DNA from: Octopus vulgaris | Taxonomy: Eukaryota | Direction: 5' to 3' | Assembly (NCBI GenBank): GCA_951406725.2 | Contig: OX597825.1 | Location: 62,496,001-62,560,000, forward strand | DNA length: 64,000 bases | In this document: positions 25,241 to 39,365 of the stretch, piece by piece | Layout: each line of letters begins with the position of its first letter | How positions within the stretch are numbered: position 1 is the stretch's first letter | The notes under the pieces: generated by a model | Database searches by the model: none | Told to the model about the DNA's origin: nothing | What the model saw: only the letters and a program-made list of their open reading frames with translations | Made by a program: the position numbers and the translations under genes

Positions 25241-25877
25241 CTATATCCACATTTATAAATCCATTTACACAGATGCAGTCCATCATGAATCAGCACATCA
25301 GTTACAGTGTAACTATAAAATTGATTGTTAATATAAAATTGTGAAACTAAAACGTTAGACTAAGATTATTTCCTCCCAAATATTATATAACTGAGAGTAA
25401 TCAGTGATGTTATTCGATAAATATTTAAAAGAGATTACATGCAGACATTGTATGAACTGGGACCATATTGTGTAATGGCAAATACGTGTATTATTTATTA
25501 AACATCTTTCATTTGCTTTGTCTATTAATTAATGAAAAGCAGACCCTAGAATTACTAAAGACACCGTTTTTTATTTCTTACCAAAACAAAGTTTCAAAAA
25601 CTTTCCTCTGCATATACAATATGTGTGTGTGTGTGTGGAGTTTTGTCACCTTATCTTGACATAGTGTGATAGTTGTAAATAAGCATGGATATCACACAAG
25701 CAGTGGTCTTTGTTTCCAGTTTCCTGTTTCATGAAAACATGTCCAGCCAGGGGGAAATATTACCTTCTTTCAAAAAAGCATGAATGTTGGCAACAGAAAA
25801 AACACCATTCTAAAGAAAATTTGCCACACTGACTGCCATCTGATCTAATCAAGCATGGAAAAGTAGACATTAAAACT

Positions 25878-26005
25878 ATGATGTCGATGATGATGGTGGT
25901 GGTGGTGGGTAGTGGTGGCAGTGGTGGTGGTGATGATGATGATGATTATGATGAGGATGATGACGCTGATGCTGACGATGATGATGATGATGATGGTGAT
26001 GATGG

Positions 26006-26097
<92 letters not shown>

Positions 26098-26112
26098 GTG
26101 ATGATGATGGTG

Positions 26113-26144
<32 letters not shown>

Positions 26145-26297
26145 GATGATGATGATGACGCTGACGATGACGATGATGATGATGATGATGATGATGATGG
26201 TGGTAATGATCATGATGATGATTATGGTAGTAAGGATTATGATGATGATTATGGTGGTGTTGGTAATGATGATGATGTTGATGATGATGATGATGAC
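25878..26297. repeat. (GAT)n/(GGT)n array following an RTE-type tail (25640-25877)
   Basis: Starts directly after CAAGCATGGAAAAGTAGACATTAAAACT. Confidence 0.95.
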
Positions 26298-28479
26298 TAG
26301 TAAGTTAGACATTATGTAACCTTCAGTTTCACCAATTCACAAAAATAGTTAGATAGGTAAGAAATCACAAACTGTTAATGTCATGTCCATATTACGCTAC
26401 CAAAGGTGAGTTTGTCAAAAGATAAGGTAATTATTCTATTTACCTCAGACTGTCACTATAGATACAGAGGGGTGGACTCTGCAATTAACCGTGTAGTCTG
26501 TAAAACAAATAAAATTTTAAAAGTAAATTGCTTAAATATTGGTTCACCATTGATTGTAAGCAATTCTTTGTTGCGTTTCGTAGGTAATGTTAAGTAAATG
26601 TACCAACTTTAAACAGAATAAATTCACAGCTCTTTCTAAAGACTTTAAAATGCTGAAAATGTTTTTCTGTGTTACATGACTTAATGCTCTGAACCACTCA
26701 AGTTTTCTGACAACTTATAGAGAAATCTTTTAACCATTCTTATTTCAATAAAATATTTTGACGTGATAGAAGCGAGTAATTTTCCAAAAACCTGTTGCGT
26801 CTGCATTAAGGTAAAAGTTACATGGAAGTGCAATGGTTTAATGATCCATGACAAGTTACAAGCCTGTACACCGATGGAAGAACTGAACGAAAAGAGAAAA
26901 GAAAATCTGATATATATATATGTATGTATTGTTTCTGATTAAAATCCTTAAAGAAAACTGGAATTCATTGATAGGTAAATTAACTTGTTGGGTTAAAAGG
27001 TGGCAGCTGACAAAACAGAAACGTTGTGGTAAGCAAATTCACTTCTTGAGGTGAAACATTTGTAAGAGATATTTCATTCATTCTTTCGCGTCAGACATTC
27101 ACAAAATGATTGCATATAGAGAAATGTAAAGTGCATTTCATCCTTCAAATGTTTCATTTATCAGAAGCTTTTGATCTTTGTATATCATGCAGCAGAAATC
27201 CTCTTGGGAAATGGTAGTCACAACTGAATAATATCTCAATGATATATTTTTATTCAACGTGTAATTTATTCATGACATGATGTGCTAATTGCAAAACAAT
27301 ATATACTTGTAAAGAGGCAAAGCCTACTTTCCTTAGAAGCCATTCATACAGCACCTTTGCCTAGCTTGCTACATAATAAAACTCCATTTTTCACAAGTCA
27401 ATAATGGATGTACTCGTCCAAACAAATGTAAAATTGGGTATTGAGACTGTAGAAGATACTGTACATTAAATGCAATGCTTGACTTGTTTTTCCAACAGAT
27501 TTCAAAGAAAATCTTTCAAATCTGTTGTAAAACCAGCCACTAACTCATTACTGTAGAGTCAGCAAATACTCATCGTAATAAGAGTTGAATTTTGGTACCA
27601 GATAACCAAGCCAACAATGACAACCAACAGCTATCATTAAAATGACTCAGATTATCTCATGTGATATCCAATTGATTTCCAACAAATGGAATGGGATAAT
27701 ATTCAATGTAGTAAATGTGACTGAATATCTATGAAGAATCAAATGTATGGGAAAGAAAGTGTCTTCTCTCAATTCAATTAATATTGATATACAATAGAAA
27801 ATATTCTGAGAATTTTCTCACAAAGACACAATAATGTATTGTAGAGAGGAACGTGGAGTGAACTACGTGCCTGACTCAGGTAAAATTGGATAAAATATCA
27901 AATTACAAGCAATCCTAATAATTATAAGTTAAGCAATGCACAAGCAACTTGCAGAAATTGAGATGAGATAAGTTTTTAAAGTTATACTAATATGAAAATT
28001 GAATCAGAAATCAGAGATATTGCTAAATTTAAATATCAATGATGAATAATAGGTCAATACATTAAGCATGCACTGTTATTTAGAAATAACTTGTGTTGCA
28101 TTCACGGAAGTCATTTATTCTTTCCATGATAATATTCCCAAAGAAACAAAACTTGTTATTCTGAACTTCACAAGTAATATGAAGTATATTTAGAATGGCC
28201 ATGTTTTGATCCATCATATATATCTGTGTAAGTTTTGTAGATTGGCTTCTATTATTTATTTGTATTATTATAATCGTATCTTTTCAGTGTCGAAAAAAAA
28301 TTTATCAAATGAGCACTCGGATTGATGTAGTTTATCTAAGCTTTCCTCTTGCTTGTTTGTGCCAAAATCAGAAACCACTTTTACCTTCAAATTTCACCAT
28401 GATAGTTTTTCTTCTTTTCAAGGTTGTTAAAATAAGTACCGGTCAAGCACTGGGGTCGATAATTATACAATAAAGTTTT

Positions 28480-28805
28480 GCATTTATAAAGACCAAAATA
28501 CTACAGGACTGCATGAAATGCTCCACATTGTTTATGGATTAACTTGTTCACTAGCACAAGAGGGTCAAGGATGGCAGAAAGGAAATGAGAGATGATGAGA
28601 GGGTTGGCAAAGAGAGGAATGTCAGAACATCAAGGCAGGTTGAGAAAATTCACAATTCTCCAGATAAAGACTATCATATGTCTATAAAGACAATAAGCAA
28701 ACAGTTTGCAGTTGGTATAGTGGCGGCTGCACACAGAACATTTATGAAGATCAGAACAAACACAAAGTTTGTGCAAGGTTTGTTCCCAGTGTGCTCAGTG
28801 ATGAG
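28480..28805 (+). mobile_element. mariner transposase N-terminal relic
   Basis: HKRVKDGRKEMRDDERVG...RTSRQVEKIH...MSIKTIS, then in a shifted frame KVCARFVPSVLS (WVPHEL-type linker). Confidence 0.75.
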
Positions 28806-29945
28806 TCTCCTGGTAACCAGCTACCTATTATAGGTAAGTTCACCACCATCAATTCACTGTGAAGAACATTCACCATGAGACAAGTTCACTGTGAGGAAAG
28901 ATCACCACGAGGAAAGTTTATTGAGGAAATATATCCGTAGTATCTCACCATTAATAGGTAAAAACTATTTTATTGAAAAAAGAAAAGAAGCAGTGAATTT
29001 ACTGGACGTGACTTGACAGAGAAGGACATCAAAACTGTCCCTAGCACTACCTACAGTCCAGACTTTACTCCCTCTAACTTTATATATATATGTATATATG
29101 TATATATATATGTATGTATATGTTTGTGTGTTTGTGTTTGTCTCCCCAACATCACTTGACAACCGATTCTATTTGGTTTACGTCCCCGTAACTTAGCAGT
29201 TCGGCAAAAGAGACCAATAGCATAAGTACTAGGTTTACAAAGAATAAGTCCTAAGGTCGGTTTGCTCGACTAAAGGCTGTGCTCCAGCTTGGCCACAGTC
29301 AAATGACTGAAACAAGTAAAAGAGTAAACAGGTAAAAGAGTATCTCTCCAATGATCTGACAGAATTGTTAGCATACTGGAAAAAGTGCTTGATGGCATTT
29401 CACCCATCTTTACATTCTGAGTTCAAATGTTGTCAAGGTCATTTTTCCCTTTCATCATTTCTGGATCAATAAAATAAGTACCAATTGAGCTTTGGGTTTA
29501 ATGTAATAGACTCACAAACACCCCACCACAAAACTACTGACTTTGTGCCAAATTTTGAAATCAATACATGTCACACCTGAAAATGTTCGAAAACTTCTGG
29601 AATGCACATTTTATATTGCATATAAAATGACATGTGTTACATTAAGGGAAACATCGAAAATATAATAACATCAGGATGAAAATGCATAAAACAAAATACT
29701 AAGTTCTAACCTTACACTTTTTTACTCTTTTACTTGTTTCAGTCATTTGACTGTGGCCAAACAGTAGCACTGCCTTTAGTCGAGCAAATCGACCCCAGGA
29801 CTTATACTTTGCAAGCCTAGTACTTATTCTATCAGTCTCTTTTCCTGAACCGCTAAGTTACGGGGACATAAGCACACCACCATCGGTTGTCAAGCGATGT
29901 TATGGGAACAAACACAGACACACAAACATATGCACACACACACAA

Positions 29946-29992
<47 letters not shown>

Positions 29993-30688
29993 TACGACTG
30001 CTTCTTTCAGTTTCCATCTACCAAATCCACTCACAAGGCGTTGGTTGGCCCAAAGCTATAGTAGAAGACACTTGCCCAAGGTGCCATGCAGTGGGACTGA
30101 ACCCAGAACCATGTGGCTGGTAAGCAAGCTACTTTACCACATAGCCACTCCTGTGCTTATACAGCTTGTGTATTTCTAATTTCTAAATGCAGTCTATTTA
30201 AATGCAGTCACCTGGTTTTCTGATGGAAAGTGTGCAGAAGTACCAAACAGATATTATAGAGTGAGTTACAACATAGAATGGTGTCTTACTTTTGGCATAT
30301 CAGCAAACGGATTTATGAAATCATGTCTCAGTAAAATTTTAACTTGTCAAATCATTTGTCAAAGAGTCACTTAATTATTTATTGAAACAAAAGTTTGTCT
30401 GACACTGTTATTCTACTTATAAATCTCATTCTTGGAAAAGAACTTGACTTAAAAAGCATAAAATAGTTTTGACGCAGTTATAAAAGCAAGCATGTTTTGA
30501 ATTGTCACTGTAACTACTAATGATCAGGTTGACTGCCTTGTTTTTTTATTTTCATTTAATTTTTAATCAGTTTAAACAAACACCATTGCTTGCCTCACAA
30601 TGATGCGTATTTGTTTATCACATGATATCAAGACAAGGACACACATGCACATACATATCTCTTTCTGTCTGCCTGTCTGTCTCTCTCT

Positions 30689-30742
<54 letters not shown>

Positions 30743-30782
30743 ATACATATATATACACATGTATGTATGTATGTATATATTA

Positions 30783-30815
<33 letters not shown>

Positions 30816-31244
30816 CACATATGCACACATACACACATCATCATCATCATCATTATCATCATTTAACGTTCGTTTTCCATGCTGGCATGGGTTGGATGGT
30901 TTGACAGGAGTTTGCCAGCTGAAGAGCAGCCCATGTTCCATGTCTGCTTTGGCATAATTTCTACAGCTGGATGCTCTTCCTAGTGCCAACCACTTTTCAG
31001 AGTGTACTGGGCGCTCTTATGCAGCATCAGAACCCATGAGCCCACAAGATTAGAAATGCTCAGTTGGAGAGGAATGCAGGGGATCAACTGGTGAAGAATA
31101 AATATCTATCTATCTAGAATATGTACAATGCTTACAAAGAATAAGTCCTGGGGTAGATTTGTTTGACTAAAGGCAATGACCCAGCATGGCCGCAGTCAAA
31201 TGTGTAAAACAAATAAAAGAATAAAAGAATATATATATATGAGT

Positions 31245-31580
31245 AGTGACCCCCTTCGGTCAGACACTGACCATGGGTTTGCACCTAGAGAGTTACCCTC
31301 TGAGGCACAAGTCTGGGCAAGATTGTTTTATGGAAGACCAGCAGTCGCCCATGCATACCGGCCTCCCCTCTCCATGTCACCGATGTTGTCCAAGGGAAAG
31401 GCAAGGGCCAATACAGCTTGGCACCTGTGACGTCGAAACTCATTTCTACAGCTGAGTGAACTGGAGAAACGTGAAATAAAGTGTCTTGCTCAAGAACACA
31501 ACACGCAGCCCGGTCTGGGATTTGAGCTCACAACCTCACGATCATAAGCTCGACGCTCTAACCACTGAGCCACGTGCCTT
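31245..31580 (-). mobile_element. tRNA-like SINE with a distinct body
   Basis: Minus head GAAGGCACGTGGCTCAGTGGTTAGAGCGTCGAGCTT...GTGAGCTCAAATCCCAGACCGGGCTG...GTTCTTGAGCAAGACACTTTATTTCAC. The same head block recurs at ~33545 and ~55915. Confidence 0.7.
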
Positions 31581-31583
31581 CAC

Positions 31584-31618
<35 letters not shown>

Positions 31619-32194
31619 TTCACACACATACACACGCACATGAATATAAGGACATAATCATGATATTTAGTTATGGAAAAGTCTGCATAAATGCATAGAT
31701 ACATGAGGATGCTTGCCATGTTGTGTAATCTGCGAGCATATGATTCAAAAGACAGCATCAAGAAAGTTGTGTTCACATAAACTTTGATGGCTGAGAAGAA
31801 AAGCCTTTTATCAAAACAGCACTTCAAAGTTTGGCTGACAAATCCTAAATTTAGAATAGTCTGCAGTATTCCTAAATTGCAGCATTTATTTTTAATTCAG
31901 CAATACTCATCATTACCGACTTTTCATCCTTCGCCATTATTCCTAATATGCCATCGCTATAAATCTTTATCATTGGTAATGATAAAGCAGAATCATTTGA
32001 AGTAAATTTACTGAAAGGATGACATTTTAAGCATTTGTATAATTTTAAATTATTTAATACAGCAAAATGTATTGTATTTTAGAACTTGCTGAGAAGTCAT
32101 GCAATCTAGTTATAAATGCAATTCATATGTTAGTCTGTTGTGTTAATGTGCTGTATTTGCTCCAAATGTATTGAATAATATATCTATCTATCTA

Positions 32195-33200
32195 CAGGGT
32201 GTCTGGGCTAAGTTTGACAGTTTGCATAAAAGGAAAAGGAAAAAGAATTATTCCATCCTGAAATGAAATTATTTTTAAAAATTATAAAATATCAACTAGA
32301 TTTTGGCAGGGAGATAACAGTTTATTCAAAGCAGCCACATTCAGCTTCTACTATGGCATCAAAATCGCTTCAGTATTGAGTACATCCTTTCCTTACAGTA
32401 TCTTTGGGAAGATCTTCAAACAACTCCTTGATCTTAGCCACCAACTCAGCCTTAGCATTGCAGGTAGAACACTTGGTGTCTTCTCCTTTATGGCAGCAAG
32501 TCATGGCCGATGAGGGTGGAAGATACTAAGCGACTGGAATCCTTTGATCACCTCAGTCTACACCACATCCTTCATGTCTCCAACAATTCGGTGCGACACC
32601 AGTGCAGAATTACCTCCCTTCGACAAATCATCCTAACAAAACATCTGCATTGGCTGGGTCATTCCCTCCATCGTCAACCAGGAGAATTCATCTAGGAAGC
32701 AATTGTCCCAGCTCCCCTTCAGGGTTGGCAAAAGTGATGTGGTGGACAATGAAAAACCTGGCTGATGACAGTCAAGGCTGATCTGGAACCCAACCTAGGC
32801 TCCCATATCTACATTCGTTGCTGGAAAAAGGGAGTGGTTGGAGATCACACGGTCATTAGCCTCAAATCGCCAGGCCTGGTCAGTGTTTGTGAGAGATGCA
32901 GCATTGAGGATGAATGAAGCTAGCTCAACCCACCCCGGGTGAATGCTGCCTCAATACAAGAAGACAGCCATGCCCTGCACGTAGTAATCCATGGGTTTAC
33001 AATTAAGGGAATTAGGAAGTTAGAAACTGGGGCTGGGGAAGTCTTAGAAATTCTCCAACAACCACCTCTGAATCTTTCCAGAGATATGGCAGGAGCTGAA
33101 TCCTGTTATCACATATTTGGCCTTCTAGCAACAACCCTCTACAGACAGGATTTGACCACAGTTTCCAGCAGCCATTTGAATTAAGGCTAAGGCCTTGTGC
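32195..33200 (-). mobile_element. maT/DD37D-type transposon 3' half, interrupted by an RTE LINE
   Basis: Terminus TA|CAGGGTGTCTGGGCTAAG. Minus strand QQDSAPA...RWLLENF...PNSLNCKPMDYYV [RTE insert] EDTKCSTCNAKAELVAKIKELFEDLPKDTVRKGC...AIVEAECGCFE*. Confidence 0.8.
32485..32965 (+). mobile_element. 5'-truncated RTE-clade LINE (second family) nested in the maT element
   Basis: LYGSKSWPMRVEDTKRLESFDHLSLHHIL...LHWLGHSLHR...GGQ*KTWLMTVKADL matches 'LYG.E.W......L..FD..CLR.I...RLRWLGH..R...GGQ.KTW...K.DL'. Confidence 0.85.
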
Positions 33201-33384
33201 ATCAGTTGTTGGATAAATTCTGGTTAGCTATCGCAGTCAGAACACCTGCTCTGTCCGTTTCTGCTGACCATGGTTTTGTAGTCGATGTTGCAGCCATCCA
33301 TGTCATGTCTTACAGCATTTAGTGTTCACAGAGTATTGAGAAACAATCATATCAGCATTTTGATACCAGGTGTGAATCATCCTG

Positions 33385-34770
33385 ATACATCATCATCGTC
33401 ATCATCATCGTCGTCGTCGTCGTCATCGTCATCATCATCATCATCATCCCCATCATCATTCAATGTTTGTTATCCATTCTGGCATGGGCTGGACAATTTT
33501 ACCAGAGCTGGCAAGTAGGAAGGCCGTACCAGACTCCAGTGACGTGTTGTGTCCTTGAGCAAGACACTTTATTTCATGTCGCTCCAGTCCACTAAACTGG
33601 CAAAACTGAGTTGTACCAGTAATTCAAAGGGTCCAGCCTTGTCACATTCTTTGCCCTGCTGAATCTCCTTGAGAACTATGTTAAAGGTACACATATCTGT
33701 GGAGTACTCAGCCACTTGCACGTTAATTGCATGTGCAGGCTGTTCCATTGATCGAATCAAACAGAACCCTCATTGTCATAAGTAATAGAGTGCCAGTTGC
33801 CACATTTATGTGGCACTGTAACAGGCACATGGCTTAGTTCTTATGGCATAGTTTCTATGACTGGATACCCTTCCTAATGCCAACCACTCTGAGAGTGTAA
33901 TGGGTGCTTCTAAGTGCCACCAGCATGGGTGCCATTTGTGTAACACCAATATCTGCCACAATTGCAATTTTACTTAGCTTGATGGGTCCCCTTCTCAAGC
34001 ACGACATTTATGCAAATGGTCTCAGTCATTCATCATTGCTTCTGTGAGGCTCAACACTAAAAAGGTGCTTTTTCTGTGCCACCATCATGGGTGCCAGTTA
34101 CATGACACCAGTATTGATCATGAATAAGATTTCACTTGGCTTGACAGATCTTCTCAAGCACAGCATATTGCCAAAGGTCTTAGTCAGTTGTCATTGACTC
34201 TGTCAGACCCAAAGTTTGGAGATCATGCTTCACTACCTCGTCTTTCTCTAATATGTTATAAGCTATAAAAATTTGAGAGAAAAAGTTTCCAGTAGCTGAA
34301 ACATGGGAAATTATAAGGATTCCTTTCAACTTAATAGAATGCAAATATTTTCAGGAAGGGAACATAGTAGATTCAGTCAGTTCTAAAACATAACTAGCAA
34401 TTTGTCACATTCTGTGTCCTGCTGAATCTCCTTGAGAACTATGTTAAGGGTACACAGGTCTGTGGAGTACTCAGCCACTTGCATGTTAATTTCATGAGAA
34501 GGCTGTTCCATTGATCAAATCAACTGGAACCCTCAATATCATAACCAATGGAGTGCCAATTGCCACAGTTATGTCTTCCTGGGTCTACCTCTACCACAGG
34601 TTCCCTCTGCAGTTAGAGATCAGCACCTCTTTACACAGTTGTCCTCATCCATGCACATCACATGACCACACCAGCACAGTCATCTCTCTTGCACACCACA
34701 TCCAATGCCTCTTATGCCCAACTTTTCTCTCAAGATGCTCACACTTTGTCAAAACAAACACACTGACACA
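33385..34770 (-). mobile_element. RTE LINE 3' part, broken by a SINE piece (33540-33810) and a templated insertion (34243-34573)
   Basis: 34570-34770 and 34150-34242 align with the reverse complement of the 24600-24900 RTE ORF. 33840-33930 and 33450-33540 align with its 3' UTR. Confidence 0.75.
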
Positions 34771-35110
34771 GGTAACTAATAATGTTAGACAGATGAATTT
34801 TGAATCCTCATGTAGCTAATCTTTTGTAGTTTTCCATTAACAATTATCATTTGGACTGGTGCACACTGAACCGAATGAATCTGTAATATTTTTACTGACC
34901 TTTGTAGAACAAACTTTATTTTCCACTCTCTGACATACATAAAATCATAACAAATTGCTAGTTATGTTTTAGAACTGACTGAATCTACTATGTTCCCCTC
35001 CTAAAAATATTTGCATTCTATTAAGTTGAAAGAAATCCTTATAATTTCTCATGTTTCAGTTACTGAAAACTTTTTCTCTCAAATTTTTATAGCTTATAAC
35101 ATATTACAGA
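34243..35110. repeat. Local inverted duplication of ~163 bp (34243-34405 vs 34950-35112)
   Basis: About 7 mismatches by eye, e.g. TAATATGTTATAAGCTATAAAAATTTGAGAGAAAAAG vs CTTTTTCTCTCAAATTTTTATAGCTTATAACATATTA. Confidence 0.95.
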
Positions 35111-38100
35111 AAATGCTTTTACAAGCGAATGTTGGTTAGTAACCAGTAAACTATAAAAGAGATAGATCACTACTAATGCTATCCTCAAAACTATACTTCA
35201 AATATATTGTTGAATGAGAATTTTATTTTAGTTCATGTGATGTCATGACTGTGTGATTAAGAGGTTTGTTTCATAACCTCATGGTTTCAATTCTGCTACA
35301 CTGTATAGTAATTTAGAGAAGTGAGTTCTACTGTTGCTACAAGACAATTAAAGCCTTATGTATTGATCTGAAGGCTGGAAAAAGAAGATTGTTATGTATG
35401 TATGACAGTTGACTGTACACCAGTGCCATACCATTATGATGTTCACTTTCCCATAGCTAGGCATGAAAAGCACGTTTAGCCTTGGAAGATATTATCATGA
35501 TTGGTATTAGAAAGGGCATCTGTCTATAGAAAGTCTGTCTCAGCAAATTCTGTCTGACTCATAGAAGCATGGAAAAGTGGATGCTAAATATGGCAATGAT
35601 GATAATGATGATGATGTTATGCATGAAGACTTTCAACTGTAGATATAGATACTGTTACCCACTGTATTACCAATACTTTTTCATAATACATGCATTGATA
35701 TAATTTAACAGTCGTCAATTAATGTTTCCATGATAATTTAGAAGTGTTTTCAAATAAAAGTGAATTGAGATTTAACAAAAAGAAAAATAGCTAGAACATT
35801 GAATATAGAGGAGTAAGAATCATAAAGTAAAATGCAGAAAATAGATTAAAAACCAACTGGTTGTATCTAAATGGCGTAGTTTTTCTATTAGGTTCTAATT
35901 AACTAATTACAAAGATTAAAGAGATTAAATGTAAAAATTCAACTATGTAGCTGATTTTGTTAGGTTAGCTAGATTAGTTAGATAAAGTAAATTAGCTGTA
36001 TTACTGAAATCATAAATAAATTAAATTTTAAAAAATCTGAAATAAACTGTTTTTTACATTAAAAGAATTTTAGAAACATTGAGTGGTATGAAATAATTTT
36101 TCTTTCTAATGGTGAAACATAAAGTAGATAAGGCTGTAAATAGTGGCATAGGGAATATTGTGTTAGAATCCCCTTTGGATTATAAATGGTTGAAGTCTGG
36201 CTATGAGACTCAAATCCTCATTTTCTGTAAATATGGTAGATATTCTGATCATTATACCGAAACAACATTTGCCAAAGACTCCATTGATTTAGAAGGTTTA
36301 TTTTTACATGCAATAATTTGAAGTTGTTTTTACATTAAAAGAATGGAAGTGGTGCCTGAGGATACTACACCCATAAGCTTCCTGAGAAGAATGTGTGGAA
36401 AAGATAGATGAATGGAAATGCAAACATCATCATCATCATCGTCGTTTAACGTCCGCTTTCCATGCTAGCATGGGTTGGACGTTAATTAATAATAGTCTTT
36501 TACTTGTTTCAGTCATTTAACTGTGGCCATGCTGGAGCACTGTCTTTAATCAAGCAAATGGCCCCCAGGGCTTATTCTTTGTAAGCATAGTACTTATTCT
36601 GTCGGTCTCTTTTGCTGAACCACTAAGTTACAGGGATGTAAACACACCAGCATCTGTTTTCAAGTGATGTTGGGGGAAGGACAAACACAGACACACAAAC
36701 ATATACACACACATACATACATATATACATATATATATATATACATACATATATACGATGGGCTTCTTTCAGTTTCCATCTACCAAATCCACTCACAAGG
36801 CTTTGGTCGGCCTGAGGCATTGTAGAAGACACCTGCCCAAGGTGTTACACAGTGGGACTGAACCCGGAATCATGTGGTTGGTAAGCAAGCTACTTACCAC
36901 ACAGCCACTCCTACGCCTATAGGGTGAAATACCTTAAGTTAAGTACTCAGCATATTTAGTTCTCTGGAGTGTTTAGCACTCATCTCTTCTAGCATCTCTT
37001 CCCCTTTCTTTAATCCCAATTTCCTGAATATCACCTTCATTACACCAAAGACACTTTACACTTTTACTTTCATTTCAGAACCATAAACCATTTTAGCGCC
37101 ATGTCACAATTTTTTCTCACTACAGACTTATGTTCTCTGTAGCAAAGATGACGAACCTTTTCCATCACTGAGAATCCAAGATCCCATCCGGAAGGATGTT
37201 TAATTTCCAAAACTGCTATGGAAAAAAGCATATCTCTGGTATTCTACAATACATTTCCCTTCTCAAATCTTTTCTACTGAATTATAACAGGATTTTTTTT
37301 GTATTTAATTGTTTTTGGATATACATTAAAGGAACATAAACCAACGAAATATATTTCATACCGTTTATATTTTTTCTATAGATAAACTTTATATTTTTTC
37401 TTTATTCCCACATTGTATGCACTCTTTCATTTCAAGGAATAGAAGCCAAGTAAAGAAATCTTTTATCATATAGAAACCTTGTATTGTGTGCATAAAATGT
37501 CGCTGTTTTTAACTTCTCTTGAAATATCCTTCCATTTAGAAATTTTAGAGAAAATTAAGTCTGTCTTTTTATATTTCTACCTCATAAAAATATACCACAT
37601 TTCTATTATATTTTATCACATTTATTTATTTTTTTTTCAGACAATCTGTCATTTGAAACAATTTGAATTTCTCCATATCTGCTTTTGTTTACATTTCAGG
37701 TTTTGATGGAAAAGCATAAGCTGTTGTTAAAAAAGAAAAGAAAACACTCTACAAGTCATCAATGTATATGACAAGTGGATGGAATGAAAAAAAGAAATAA
37801 GAAATAAACTGCTCTAGAAACTATTGTGGAAGTCTTCCTGGTTTGGAACATTAACAAAGTAACCAGTGGCAATTTTATTTTAATGAGAACAAAAGCAAAT
37901 AGAAAATAGAATGAAATGAAAAAAAAATAGAATAATATTTTATGATAACAACAAAAATATAAACACGAAATTTCAGTTTAAAGAGAACAGCCTTTATATA
38001 AACTCATTTTAGCAGAAGAGAAAAAAACTGTTTCTTCAAACAATGCTTGAAAAAAAAGGAAAGAAAAAAATATGTCTGGCCAGAGGTTTCTACAAATAAC

Positions 38101-38480
38101 CAAATAACCGTCTTTGAATTACCAGAGACCATCTTACAAAAAAGAAAGAAGGATAAAAAACTAAAAAATTTCTACACAAAAATGGGAAAAAAAAGGTTGT
38201 TTTTTTTAGGTAAACAAAGACATCGCTCATTGGAAAGTTGATTATATTAGGACATTTTTCTTGGAATTTTTGAAGGTTAAAAATAAATTACTGAAGATTG
38301 TGAACATCCTTACTACAATTTATTATCAAATGAGAGCTTGATGAAGAAGTTTGTTAAAGGACAAAACAAGTCACAAAAATAATTAGAGCTGTAGTATACA
38401 TTTTTGTTTCTTTTAGCACTAGGAAGACAACAAAATTTGATAAGATGATGTAACTTTAATAAAAAAAGGAAAGAAAAGTT

Positions 38481-39365
38481 GGATGATGATGATGATGATG
38501 ACGATGAAGTTAATGATGATGATGGTGAAGGAAAGAATGATAATTATGATGATGATGATGATGATGATAATGAAAAATGCAATGTTGATAGTGATGAGGA
38601 TGGTGATGGAAAGAATAATAATGATGATGATGTCGTTGTCATTGTTAACATGACGATCATCATAATTGTCGTTTTCATTGCCGCTTTCATCATTGTCGTT
38701 GTTTTAATTATTATTGCCATCATTGGCATTGGCATTATCATCATTGTTGTCATCACTGGCAATGATGGCAATGATGAAAATGATGGTGATGATGTTAATA
38801 GTGATGATGATGTTGACAATAATGATGATGAAGAGGAGGACAATGTAGCACACTATGGTGATGATGATGATAATGACGATGACGACAACTATGATGACGA
38901 TGATGACAGTGATGACAATGATAATGATGATAATGGTGATGATGGTGATGATGATGATGATGATGATAATGGTGATGGTGATGATGATGACGATGATAAT
39001 GACGATGATGACAACAATGATGACGATGATGACAATGATGACAATGATAGTGATGATAATGGTAATGATGGTGATGATGGTGATGATGATGACGATGATG
39101 ATGATAATGATGATGATAATGGTGATGGTGATGATGATGACGATGATAATGACGATGACGACAACAATGATGACGATGATGACAATGATGACAATGATAG
39201 TGATGATAATGGTGATGATGGTGATGATGATGATGATGATGATGATAATGATGATAATGGTGATGATGATGATGATGATGATGATAATGATGACAACAGC
39301 GATAACGAGTATGATGGTGATGGTAATGATGAAAATGATGATGATAATAAAAGGTGTAATGATGA
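38481..39365. repeat. ~880 bp degenerate (GAT/GAC/AAT/GGT)n array with an inverted internal block and higher-order repeats
   Basis: GAT-phase runs flank an ATC/ATT-phase block (~38630-38760). A ~105 bp unit is duplicated at ~38959 and ~39109. Confidence 0.9.

Noticed and set aside
27486-27533. Small hairpin CAACAGATTT-C-AAAGA-AAA-TCTTT-C-AAATCTGTTG, also a splice-acceptor-like site
   Set aside because: Too short for a pre-miRNA call, and all three frames after the acceptor close quickly.
28835-28925. Short ~17-bp imperfect repeats (AGTTCAC..TGAGGAAA) superficially like a CRISPR array
   Set aside because: No unique spacers, eukaryotic context, no cas genes. More likely transposon subterminal repeats.
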